Assembly (NCBI RefSeq): GCF_006345805.1
Contig: NC_043004.1
Coordinates: 42,842,001-42,906,000, forward strand
Direction of reading: 5' to 3'
DNA: 64,000 nt
Source of the DNA: Octopus sinensis
Lineage: Eukaryota
Below the pieces are notes generated by a model. That model worked only from the letters and a program-made list of their open reading frames with translations, made no database searches and was not told the origin of the DNA. Positions 1 through 12,871 of the stretch are shown here, piece after piece (the stretch's first letter is position 1; every line of letters starts with the position of its first letter). The translations under genes were made by a program, and so were the position numbers.

Positions 1-1598
1 TTTGCGTTGATATTTTGTAACCATTAGTTACCAAAAAAATTGTGGATTATGGATTATTGTATGTATGCCAGACACCATTATTTTTGTTTTCTAATTTCTA
101 ACGGATTGATGTCGTAGTTTGTCTGCGGGTTCCATAAAATTCAATAAACTTTATACAAATATTCCTAGTTCGTCCATATAATGGAATGCTAAGTAAACAA
201 TTAGCTACGCTTCACAATGTTGGAATTCCTGCCGACCAGTTAATTGTATATTTCGAGAAAAATTTGCTTTGTCAGATGTTATGTGCATTATACTGCAAAC
301 AAGTTATAGGCTTCAATGTAAACGAAATCCACCTCTACTCATATATATTTCACGTAAATTCTTTTCAATAACGAGTCTCCCTTATTTCAATAATGTTATT
401 AGTACACAGAAAACATTTCTATGTAACATATTTAATATTACTAAAACATACGACCAAATATATTAATTTAAAACAAATTCTTTTCCAATACTGAAGTAAC
501 ATGAAATAAAGAACATGTGTTATTTTATCATCAGAATACCCTGATTAATGAGAAGTTCTAAAATACTTTGGCATGTCAGAAAGTGCAATACGCTTTATAG
601 TCGACCACCATTGAGCTTTCTTCTCCAGCAGCATACTTTTGAAATATGCCATTAACAGTTATATACGAACTATTAATATCCATTCAGGTTTGCCCCGGAT
701 GTACATATAGCGGAGGGTCCTTTTTAAGCGAGATGCAGAAAACGTTAAAGAGCGAGTTAAATGGTATAAACATAAAATAAATGTCCTTTAATTGAGCTAG
801 CAAACACAAGTTGTATATACGATGTTATTCAACATTAAAAACCATTAATGCTCGTTTGGAACATCGACAAATACATTTTTCAGGAACTGCCGCTACCTTT
901 CATATATACGTTTATTCAATTAATCGGAAGCAAAGGCCACTTTGATAAAGCGATCAGTAACATGTACAAAAAGAAAAGAAAAATGAAAAACCATAAAAAG
1001 AAACCATTATTTCTGTTTTTAAAGTAAGTTCGCGAAAGTATCTTAATATTTATTCTGTTTGTTTTAGAGAGGGTGACTTAAAAGAGATGAAACTTTCATC
1101 GTACGACATGTTCTACTTTCAGATGTTAGTTTCGAAAGAATCAATACACAGTAAAGGAAACGGAAATCTAATCATCGTATGTTATAGCAGTATGTACATT
1201 ATTGTAGACGTATGCAGCTTTGTAGTATAAATCTCAGCGATTTGTACAAGATCAAAATCTTTCTTGATTCTTAACGACAAATATTGCATTCACTTGCAAT
1301 TTGTTTCTCCACAGAGCATGGCTTTTGCCACGAGGTGGACTTCATTTCATTTGAGTAATGTAAATCGATATGGACAACGTACACAGACACGCACACACAC
1401 ATATATTTATTGATATATGTATATATATATATATATTATATATATATATATATATAATATATATATATACGCACACATTATCTTTGACATTTATACACAC
1501 ACACAAACACACATATACATATACACACATATGCATACACACGCACATACATACATACATTCCTACATACATACATACATACATACATATATACATAC

Positions 1599-1679
<81 letters not shown>

Positions 1680-2875
1680 CTGATTTGAAATATATGTGCA
1701 TTCTTTGGGAACAGAAATTTCTATAAAAAATACCATTATATATATTCGAAGCGCAGCACAAAACAACAAAACAAAAACAAATTATGAAGGATATGTATTA
1801 AACACATCAGGCATATAGACAGCATAATTAGAATATTTACCTCTCTTTGTTCGAATAATAGTAACTTTACTCATTATTCCTTCACTAAGTAGATGATCAG
1901 TTTTGGTATTCTCTCGAATACTCTTGAATTAAAAAGACTCGTTAAATGTTGTATAAGTATGAAAAAATCAGTCACTGCGTACTTCCTTTGTGCACTGTGT
2001 CGAAAGTTGTAAATTATCAAATAAATAGTTTTCAACTATACAAAACTTTAATGGGAAAATTTAACAAAACAAAACATAAATTTCCATACAAGGGGATCTT
2101 TATCACAAAGAAACCCTTTCTTTTAATTGTAAATATTTCCTTTTATATTAGCTTAAGTTATATTTATGATAAAATTTGCTGTTGATATTTGAAACTGTTC
2201 CCCAGAAATAAGACAAAATATGTATTTGTGAAATATACCTAATAATATATAATCATTTATGAAATTCAGTGTGCTAAATTAAAAATTGATTTCATGTTTT
2301 TTCTCGCAATGAACGTTACAGCTTGTGCTTTGTTGCTATAAAGTAGCTTTAAAGGGCGCATATATATTCGACTACCGACCAGTTGATTTCCCTGACAAGA
2401 CATTGTGCAGTGAGAAATAGCACACAAAAATTCCGTTAAATGTGAGTTAAATTATTAAATTTCATCTTATATAGCCATCTTTGGTTTCGTTCTTAGCCAA
2501 TTCATATGAAACATTTAAAAGATATACTCTTTTAGTTAAATATTGTCGCCTTCATTAGCTACTTATTCTGTGTTAGACAATGGTGTTGATGAAGGAAGAC
2601 ATCATCGTTGATTATGCATAATATTTCTATGCGAATTCCTGCACACATGTATACGTGTTCGTCTATGGGTGTTTGTCCATAACAATACAACGCATGCCTG
2701 CGGTTGAACACACACATGCGCATAAACGCACGCGCATACAAACACACATACATATACATAATGCCTATATATATGTATATATATATACATATATATGTAG
2801 GTATGTATGTATGTATATATGTGTGTGTATGTATATATTTGTATAATTCATGAATAAACACTCATACGAAAACTA

Positions 2876-2936
<61 letters not shown>

Positions 2937-2943
2937 TATATAT

Positions 2944-2977
<34 letters not shown>

Positions 2978-2997
2978 ATATATATATATATATAATA

Positions 2998-3028
<31 letters not shown>

Positions 3029-3289
3029 ATATATTATATATATATATATACATATATATACACACATAAATATTATATATGTATATGCATACATATTATA
3101 CATCACAGAAGTAAATAGACAAACTTATAATCACAAACATTTAAAAAAATCTAAAATCATACATTCAAATTATTTATAATTGTAATAATGTGAATATTTT
3201 TTAATTACTAGATTCATCATTTGCATTTTTGAATGCAAGGAAACTATTAGGCATTTTAATAATCATATAACTAATATTCTGTTGCAGAA

Positions 3290-3750
3290 TTTCTTGCGAA
3301 TTTTCATGCGGTAATCTCAAAAGACCTGGCTTTGAAGATGCTTTGTTGTTTTTTTATGAAGCGTCCTGTTCATTATGTCCTAGATGTGCACAATAGGGTT
3401 CATATTTGGTAACTGGCTTGGCCATGGAAGCTTTGTAATGCCATTCTCTTCCAACAAAGCATAGGTCATATTATTCGTGTGACAATAGCCTTCTTTAATT
3501 ATTTCACCACTGGAGAAGATTGGAGGGAGTTCTTTCTGCCATATAAACACATATTTATCTGAGTTTATGTTTCCCTCACACTCCACCAGCTCTGATAAAC
3601 AATTACTCCAAATTGCTCTGCAGACCATAACAGAATAATTGCGATTTTAAGCTACGTATACCATCAAACTGACCCAGAATACGGCTTCTTTGGAATTCAG
3701 ACACTTCCAAGGCTTCTTTTGTATATGGCATTATTAATCCGTTACGTACC
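3290..3750 (-). mobile_element. Tc1-family transposase relic, internally deleted
   Basis: Minus strand reads MPYTKEALEVSEFQRSRILG (Tc1 N-terminal HTH-like), then MVCRAIWSN..EGNINSDKYV..CHT..LLEENGITKLPWPSQLPNMNPI, matching the Tc1 catalytic motifs MVWGAI / CHT / WPSQSPDLNPIE. Frameshifted. Confidence 0.8.
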
Positions 3751-3954
3751 TGAAAAATATCAAAATAATAAAATGAAAAATAAAAATGAAAAATAATAAT
3801 AAATAAAATAAAAATAAAATATAACAAATATAAAATAAAAAATATATAATATAAACTAAAAAATATAAAGCTTTACAAATTAAAATAACCATAAAATGAT
3901 GTTTTATGATCTGTCTGTTTACTTCTGTCATGTTTGTGTATATCTATTTGTAAG

Positions 3955-4250
3955 CATAGAGGCACAATGGCCCAGTCTTTTGGGCAGCCAACTTGCGACT
4001 ATAGGATCGCGGTTTCGAACGAGGCGTGGTGAGTGTTTACTGAACGAAATACTTAAAGCTCCACAAGTCTCCGGCAGGGGTCGACGGCGAACCCTGCTGT
4101 ACTCTTTCACCCCAATATCTGTCACTCTTTCTTCCTGTTTCTGTTGCACCTGTATGCCACACTCTTTCACGCTAAGGATTACACGTGTCTCTGGAGTGCT
4201 TAGCCACTTGCACGTTAAAATCAATCCACCATTTCTTACTGGAACTTATT
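3955..4250 (+). mobile_element. tRNA-type SINE, family S3 (related to 59689-60065 and 60170-60385)
   Basis: GGCACAATGGCCCAGT..GATCGCGGTTTCGA head (A/B-box-like); body is the reverse complement of the copy at 59.7-60.1 kb. Confidence 0.75.
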
Positions 4251-4434
4251 CATTACTAGACTTCCTCGAAGTAAGTCGTACATATACATAAACGATTACG
4301 ATAAAACTTATAACAAGTAATAGCAGTTATAGTTAAGCTGCCATTCAAGAAGATGAGTGAACGGTAAAAACTAAAAACAATGCAGAAAATAAAACATAAA
4401 ACAAAAAGGTGGATGGTTGTGTATATATATTCAG

Positions 4435-4500
4435 CAAACCTTCAATGGTTTTCAAATTTCAAGAAAACACGTTTCTCAATTTTGAAAATAGAAACCGCAG
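4435..4500 (+). other. Candidate internal exon (66 nt), product unknown
   Basis: ttcag acceptor and consensus CAG|GTAAGT donor; two open frames (NLQWFSNFKKTRFSILKIETA or KPSMVFKFQENTFLNFENRNR). No recognisable homology. Confidence 0.25.
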
Positions 4501-4774
4501 GTAAGTGCACTTTCTATTTAAAATACAAGAATGGAAGTAATAACACCCACGGAAGAAAACGCAGGGAATTTGAGTTACGAAAGAATTCCGACTCCATAAC
4601 ACAAATGCAATGCTTTGAGGAAATGGTGTCTGTCGGCATCAAAAGCTTCTAGAGGACTTTTGACGCACATCTCTTCCAAAATTACAAAAAAATTCAAATT
4701 CTTTTGATGTCCGTATACGCGTATGTAAATATGTGTGTCTGTGTATGTATGTATGTATGTATAGGGATAAATAT

Positions 4775-4828
<54 letters not shown>

Positions 4829-4956
4829 CATATATACGTGTATATATATATGTGTGTGTGTGTATGTGTGTCTGTGTGTGTACACGCATATGTGTATCAC
4901 CGTGCAAGTTAATGAAGGAGCATATGAATATGCTTTTGCATATATATGTGTAAATA

Positions 4957-4987
<31 letters not shown>

Positions 4988-5069
4988 ATACATATACATA
5001 CATAGATATATATATATATACATATATAATATTTGTACCTATTATATATATATATATATATATATATAT

Positions 5070-5101
<32 letters not shown>

Positions 5102-5489
5102 GATATATATATATATACATATATATACACATATATATATATATATATATATACAATATATATAGACACAACATAGGAGTGGTTCAATGTGCATATATAT
5201 GTTTATGTGCATTGTTGTGTAGATAAGTAATTAGTTATTTATGTTCTCGGTCGATATATTTTCATGCGGATATATGTTTCCCAGGCGACACTACACACTT
5301 CTAAAATTTCTATAACAAGCGAACGAATATGAAGGGTCCATAAAGAAAATACAATATACAACATATATATTTCGTTCAATATTTTATAATTATTAAATAC
5401 GAATCAACACCTATTTAACTACCGATAATACACACACACTTACATACACATTCTTTTATTCTTTTATACTCTTCCTTCATTTGACTGTT

Positions 5490-5642
5490 TATGTTTTATT
5501 GTTTCATTCATTTGACTGCCGCCATGATGGAGTACTGCCTGTAGCTGAACAGTTCGCCCCCAATACTTATTCTATCGGTGTCCTTTGCCGAACCGCTAAG
5601 TTACGGAGAAGTTGTAAAGTGAGGGTGGGGGAACAAACACAT
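5490..5642 (-). mobile_element. CORE-type SINE (family S1), 3' half
   Basis: CATTTGACTGCCGCCATG..TACTTATTCTATCGGT..GCCGAACCGCTAAGTTACGG matches the full copies at 24941, 54124 and 62059. Confidence 0.8.
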
Positions 5643-5688
5643 ACACACACGTACAAATCTGTATAGGTATATATACATATATATAAAC

Positions 5689-5737
<49 letters not shown>

Positions 5738-5956
5738 ATATATATATGCATATATATATATATATATATGCATATATATATATATATATATGCATATGCA
5801 TATATATATATAATATATATATATATAGCATATATATATATATATATATATATGTTTGTATATATATATATATTATATATATATATGTTTGTATATATAT
5901 ATATATAATATCTTATATCTATCTATCTATCTATCTCTCTCTCTCTCTCTCTCTCT

Positions 5957-5999
<43 letters not shown>

Positions 6000-6742
6000 T
6001 TTGGCCTGCTCCACCATCACCGCAGACGCCCCAAGTGAATTCACCATACTTACGCACCGTTCGAGAATGATAATATTATAATCCGACAAGAAGATAAGGG
6101 AATCAAGAATATTGTTGGGAGTAATAGCACTTATGTCCTCAAGATATAATTAATTATCTGACAAATAGTTCTCTTCCCTAATAATGTGCTAATGGCACAA
6201 TCGCATACACAAGTATACGCCAAAAAGTAAATACATAATCAATGTGACACGCACCGATACACAGATGCATACGTGTGTTTGTGTATATACGTACGAATGC
6301 TTCTGTATATATATATGTGTGTGTGTATGTATATATGTATGCACTCCTTTGTATACATGTATACATATATATATATATATATATATAGACACTGACTCAC
6401 ACACATACGCATATATGATATATGATCTATGTCTAATATATATATATATACATGATTACAAACACACACGCACACACACATATATAGTGAGAGATATGAA
6501 TATATATATATATATGTATGCATGTATGTATGTATGTATGTATGTATGTATAACATTCATGAGGACACGCTAATCTGTGTAAGTACGCACATATATATGT
6601 TCAATTAAGTTCACCTCATTATTGCACCTACTTTTCAACTTTCCAATCACGTTTATTTTTCTTTCTTTTATTTTAAGGGTTTTTGATAATGTTACTTCTG
6701 TCAGTGCTTTCACACACACACACATAAACACATACACACACC

Positions 6743-6774
<32 letters not shown>

Positions 6775-7332
6775 ATATATATATACATATATACACATAT
6801 ACATATACATATATATTGTTTTAATCCCTTTGTTTTGCTTCATCTTGTATTGTTTTAGTTTCGCATAGTTCATTTGGCAGTCAAATGAGTCCAAGAGATA
6901 AACTATGGCGCAGGAGATGGCGTTCTCACCACCGTTGCCCAATTCAGTGCATCGAAGTAGTTTGAGAGTTAGGTGGACATTTTGGCACCATGGCTGTTTA
7001 TTGAGCATAATGTTGCTTAGACAAATATTAAGGTAGGAGTCAACAGGTACACTCCTATTTTTAACGACATTAAGCTTCTCTGACATGATTGATGCGATTT
7101 ATAGTAGACATAATTGTTCTAAAGGTGTCTTATTAGCTTCTATCTTTCACTGTAAATTCACAAAAGCGATACTGACACAATAAACACATTCAGTTGTATG
7201 TTCATACATACACAGGGAAATATGTGTATAAATATAGAAGTCATTGCGTACAGTTGTATGTATGTAGTTAAATACATATCTATTTCTTTATCTCTGTATG
7301 TGTTCATATATATCTGCACATATATGTTTGTA

Positions 7333-7376
<44 letters not shown>

Positions 7377-7547
7377 CGTGTGTATGTGTATGTATGTGTA
7401 TATACATATGTATGCATATGTGTAAGTCTGTTTGTGTGCATATATATGCGTATATACATTTATATGTATACATATATTATGTGTGTAAAAATACTAAACA
7501 GTATAGCAAGGAGTTAGAACATATATCTACAGCTAAAAACTCCCACA

Positions 7548-7583
<36 letters not shown>

Positions 7584-7669
7584 CAAATATGTGTGTGTGT
7601 GTATAATGAGAGAAAGAGAAAGAAAGAGAGACTGACGCAGATAGACAAACAGATAAATAGACATATACA

Positions 7670-7746
7670 TAGATGAACAGATAGATAGATAGATAGGTAG
7701 GCAGATAAATAGATAAATATTTAGATAGATAGATAGATAGATAGAT

Positions 7747-7814
<68 letters not shown>

Positions 7815-7815
7815 T
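7670..7815. repeat. (GATA)n microsatellite
   Basis: Direct reading. Confidence 0.95.
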
Positions 7816-8327
7816 AGAAGCATACACACATGAACATACTGTGCGTGTGTGTGCTTATGCGCATGTATTTAAGATCGTGAATAAACATATATCTACATAC
7901 GCAAAGAAAAATAACACAAATATTCGTATAAAACACTGCGCCTGGACAATATTTTGGTGCTCTCAAATAAAGATATTAGGCTTCTTTCTTATCTCTCGAT
8001 TCATTCTGTCTCTGTCTCAATCAATGTGTAACTATATATATACATACAGACACAAGTCTTTAAAGATGGCTTATTACATTCTACACAATGTTCCAACCCA
8101 CTCTCACTGTATATATGGGTGCGCTGAATGTGTGTTTATGTTTATACACATACGTATATTTCTGTATATGAGTGCACACACACTTATATATATATGTATG
8201 TATTTATATATATATGTGTGTGTGTGTGAGTGTGTGTATATATATATAATTAATTAATCAAACTAAAAACATATATATATATGTATATTTATATGTATAT
8301 ATATATATATATACTTACATATATATA

Positions 8328-8382
<55 letters not shown>

Positions 8383-8397
8383 ATATATATATATAAT

Positions 8398-8872
8398 TGC
8401 TGTATGGTAAGTAAATGGCTTGCCAACCACGTGGTCCCGAGTACTAGCCCACTGCGTGCCACCTTGGGTGCGTGTCTTTTGCTATAGCTTGGGGCCGACC
8501 AAAGCCTTGTGAATGGATTTGGTAGATGGAAACTGAAATAAGCCTGTCGTGTTATTTATATATTTAAGGAAGGTGCCGACACCTTTGAGAGAGCACGTTT
8601 TCTGCATGATTAACTTCAGCGTGCTGCTCGAAAGCGCATTGCTGGTGTAGTGAATGGGGAAAGCTTGGTGTGCATTGTTTGCAGTCGTGTACGCTTGTCA
8701 AAAGCAGTGCTCGTTAGCCACCAACGGAGCCGCAAATGCAAAATGTAAGTTAGCTCAACAGCACACAATTTTCATGAAGGTGAGCAATGCCCTTCCTCGA
8801 TCCCGAGTTTGTCCATCCCAACATCACTTCACAACCGATGTTAGTGTGTTTATGTTCCCGTAACTTAGCGGT
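8398..8872 (+). mobile_element. Family S1 SINE interrupted by an RTE fragment
   Basis: 5' half (CCCACTGCGTGCCACCTTGGG..GGCCGACCAAAGCCTTGTGAATGGATTTGGTAGATGGAAACTGAAA) at about 8398-8548; 3' half resumes at about 8806-8872. Confidence 0.8.
8560..8815 (+). mobile_element. RTE-clade LINE 3' end with C2H2-like finger
   Basis: KEGADTFERARFLHD*LQRAARKRIAGVVNGESLVCIVCSRVRLSKAVLVSHQRSRKCKM*, resembling the RTE C-terminus (CxxC..SH.R). Confidence 0.65.
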
Positions 8873-8934
8873 TATATATAAAGATATATATGTATCTATG
8901 TATATATATTAATATATGAATATATTTATACATG

Positions 8935-8997
<63 letters not shown>

Positions 8998-8998
8998 G

Positions 8999-9030
<32 letters not shown>

Positions 9031-9064
9031 TAGATATAGATATAAACATGGATATAATTAGATA

Positions 9065-9317
9065 TATATGTGTTTGTGTATTTTCTCTTTATTCGTGAAT
9101 TAAGACTTGTGCACTCATTTCATCGCTCGACGCCATGATTGATCGTTAGCCACTACACAGATTTTTTTCATCCTTTTTTCTGTGTCCCTTTCTGTAGAAG
9201 AGCGTAGGTTCGAAACGTAAAAGACTTGTTTTTTCTATTCCTTAGCGTTATACTAATACATCTCTTTGTTTTGTACATAACCTCTCTTCGCCCTTTGTTG
9301 CTTTTTTCGTAAACTCT

Positions 9318-9322
<5 letters not shown>
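9065..9322 (+). mobile_element. Short (TA)n-flanked element, Penelope pLTR-like (second copy 21658-21769, minus strand)
   Basis: Shares GAAACGTAAAAGAC..CTATTCC..GCG.TATACTAATACAT..CTTCG.C.TTTGTT..TTCGTAAA with the reverse complement of 21658-21769. Confidence 0.55.
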
Positions 9323-9357
<35 letters not shown>

Positions 9358-11089
9358 CATCCATATATACATATATAAATACATACTTACAAATGGGATC
9401 TTTTTCTGTTTGGCTTCTCTTGGCTTCACGTGGGTGGTTGTGTATCAACATTGATGCGTATTTTGATATGCATATCAAAACATATATACCTACGTATACG
9501 TAAAAACATTATGATACACACGCACACATACGCACATGCATATATATCTATATACAGTATATGTATTCGCCAAGGTGCTGCTCTTTCTGTCCATGTGTGT
9601 TTATATGTGAATATACATGCGAGTATAGCAATATTTTAATCCGATTTCGTTTCAAATGCAAAAGATAATAATACCTCACATTTAATTGGTCAGTTGAAAG
9701 ATAGCCTCATCACAAATTAGTTAAGTGTTTCTCCATTTGTTTGTACTCATTTGTCGATAACTGACCTCAAACTTGGTTAGAGTTGTTCACACCACCACAT
9801 ACAGAACCTTACCGACGCATACGTACCGTCTCTCGCACATTCGTAGCGCACTTATAGATGCATGGACATATGGATAAATAGATGCCTGCACACGGAAAAC
9901 TCATACCCACACATAAACACACAAATACTTCTATGTAACTGTGCGTATGCGTAATTGTGCATACGCATATATATACATATTTCATATTGTTATATAAGTT
10001 CTTCTCTCAGTATATGTATATTAGTATTTGTGTGTCTTTTGCCTTCTGTGCGTGTTTATGTTCGTGTGTGGTGTGCTGTGTTTGTTTGGCGTGTATCTCT
10101 TTAGCGTATATATGTGTATGTATCAGTATGGTTATGTTTTGTGCGTGTCTGTGTGTCTATGTTTTTGTATGCATATGTGCGTTTATGTGTATGTGTATGT
10201 GTATGTGTGTGTAGGTGTGTGCACGTGTATAAAATTTCGTTAATGTTTGAGGGATTGTATGTATACGCGGATAACTAATTAGCAAGAGAAATCTTGATTC
10301 GGAGAATTAGCCACTACAAGTGTGTCTTAATTTAAACCACTCTGTCATTATCTGAGTCTGAAGTGTTATTAAGTACATGGTCAATGCGTACGTTACCAAT
10401 TTATTCACCAACACGGTTTTAATGGATTTGCACTTTATTTCTTCTAAGCCTCTATATGTAGATTTGTTGCTTTTGTTTTTTCTAAGCTATTATTTCAAAA
10501 ACTTCGACGTCATTCAGTATTAATTCTTATTACGCAGTGTCTTTCATTTCGCTTTGTATTAGAAGCTTTTAAGATGAAAGAAAACTTTTTAAAAATAAAA
10601 TAAAATATAATAAAATATTAGAATCTTTTGACTCGTCGTTTGATCTGATTTTAATCTTATCACGATAATGTTTATTCGCGTAACTTCTCTTTCGCACTCT
10701 CAATATATTTATCGTTATATTTATAAATTGTTATTATTTACAATATTATAAATTCTTATTCATATCTGGCGTTTTCTCATGCATTTCCATTTGTTCTCTT
10801 TTTGTTTATTACTCTAGAACATTTCAATACATTTGTGAAACACATGCAGTAAATGCATATGCATAACCTTATGCTCTTTCTTTCCGAAAAGCAAACAAGA
10901 CAGAAATGAAGAGCCTGCGATGTACATGAAATCGTAGTTTTCGTTTTTGATCCCTTGTCCTATATTTCTTTAATTATACACGTTCTTCCGAATATAGATA
11001 TATTTATTTCTGAGATCTGTTTCCGAACACAATCGATTACGAAGGTTACAATTAATGCCTACATCTTCATATGGTATTTCTCTTTTCAG

Positions 11090-11154
11090 TCAATATCAGC
11101 GGCAATAGTTTCAACTCAGACTTGCAAGCCAGATGGGCAACTTATATATAAGAG
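11090..11154 (+). other. Candidate exon (65 nt), product unknown
   Basis: ttctcttttcag acceptor and GAG|gtatta donor; no recognisable homology. Confidence 0.2.
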
Positions 11155-11284
11155 GTATTATATATACACATGTCACTCCATCGTCTATGTAGAATTAGCA
11201 ATCTGTTTTCCTTTAAATTATGCTTTACTTCCTGAAAAAATAGTTTATCGGGTTGGTTAATCCAGTCCTTACTTTATACATACT

Positions 11285-11340
<56 letters not shown>

Positions 11341-11360
11341 CAGAAGAAGAAGAAGAAAAA

Positions 11361-11407
<47 letters not shown>

Positions 11408-11430
11408 AGAAGAAGAAGAAGAAGAAGAAG
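11341..11430. repeat. (GAA)n microsatellite
   Basis: Direct reading; explains the poly-E and poly-S ORFs. Confidence 0.95.
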
Positions 11431-11721
11431 ATGGAGAGATCAACAGATAAACATCAATTTATTAGCATAACGTCAATTTCAGATTACCTACAATGTCCTC
11501 AACGTAACCACGTCCGTGTGTGTGTGTGTGTGTAGACAAGAACAGGAAGGGAGAATATCACACCTTTCATTGATTATTATATCATACATTATCCTTGATG
11601 TGGATTGTAATTCTATTTTAATTTATTAGTATCTGATTGTTGATATAGTTAACCAAGTTCGTTTCACACGGCTCATTTTAGATATCTGGCAGGATTTATT
11701 TATCCCTTTTAATTCTTCTGA

Positions 11722-11980
<259 letters not shown>

Positions 11981-12545
11981 AGAAGTGTGTAATTGTCGTG
12001 CTTGGAATGATTGTGATATTTACAATATTCATACTAATAACGGTGACCTGCTCCTAAATTGTGTATTCAGAACATAGTGTAAGAAGTGTGCTATATGAGA
12101 GGTAAACATGAGGCTGCAGATGAACAGTGCTTTTCAGGAGATGGGAGCCATCATACACCCAAGTGAAATTGGGGAATTATACCATGTAAATTTGGATAAT
12201 ATGTATTACATAGAACTTCTTCGCTTTTTGTTCAATATCATTACATTTATGCCGCTTCTTCTTCAATATTGTCTAAACGAAGAGTGGCCTTTGAAGTAGT
12301 GTCAAATAAAAAAAAATCATTTAATGTAGCCTTCAATAATAGGTTGTGGATAATATTGATTTTAAGATATTAATATGTAAATGTGCATGCATATTGTAGT
12401 CTTAGTCAGTGTACTTCTAATTAACTATTATGTGCTTTTCGTTTATATATTTTATTCTCACTTAAAGACAATTAATTTCTCCACTGGTAAGCAGATATCT
12501 GACAACGACTTAGTATAGTATTATTTTGTAAATTCTCCTTATACC

Positions 12546-12775
12546 TACTTCTTTATTACCCACAAGGGGCTAAACACAGAGCGGACAAACAAGGAGAGAC
12601 ATAGGTATTAAGTCGACTACATCGAACCCAGTACATAACTGGTACTTAATTTATCGACCCCGAAAGGATGAAAGGCAAAGTCGACCTCGGCGGAATTTGA
12701 ACTCACAACGTAACGCAGACGAAATACCGCTAATCATTTCGCCCGGCGTGCTAACGTTTCTGCCAGCTCGCCGCC
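12546..12775 (-). mobile_element. Full-length tRNA-type SINE family S2 (MetaSINE/OR1-like) with 25-bp TSD
   Basis: Minus strand: GGCGGCGAGCTGGCAGAAACGTTAGCACGCCGGGCGAAATG..GAGTTCAAATTCCGCCGAGGTCGACTTTGCCTTTCATCCTTTCGGGGTCGATAAATTAAGTACC. Flanked by identical TTATTTTGTAAATTCTCCTTATACC at 12521-12545 and 12776-12800. Confidence 0.9.
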
Positions 12776-12797
12776 TTATTTTGTAAATTCTCCTTAT

Positions 12798-12830
12798 ACC
12801 ACCACCACCACCACCACCACCACCACCACC

Positions 12831-12868
<38 letters not shown>
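12798..12868. repeat. Compound (ACC)n(ACT)n microsatellite
   Basis: Direct reading. Confidence 0.95.

Positions 12869-12871
<3 letters not shown>

Noticed and set aside
1315-11154. Plus-strand splice chain 1315-1354 / 4435-4500 / 11090-11154 giving a 54-aa peptide
   Set aside because: The first donor is weak, there is no homology, and such a short chain is easily obtained by chance.
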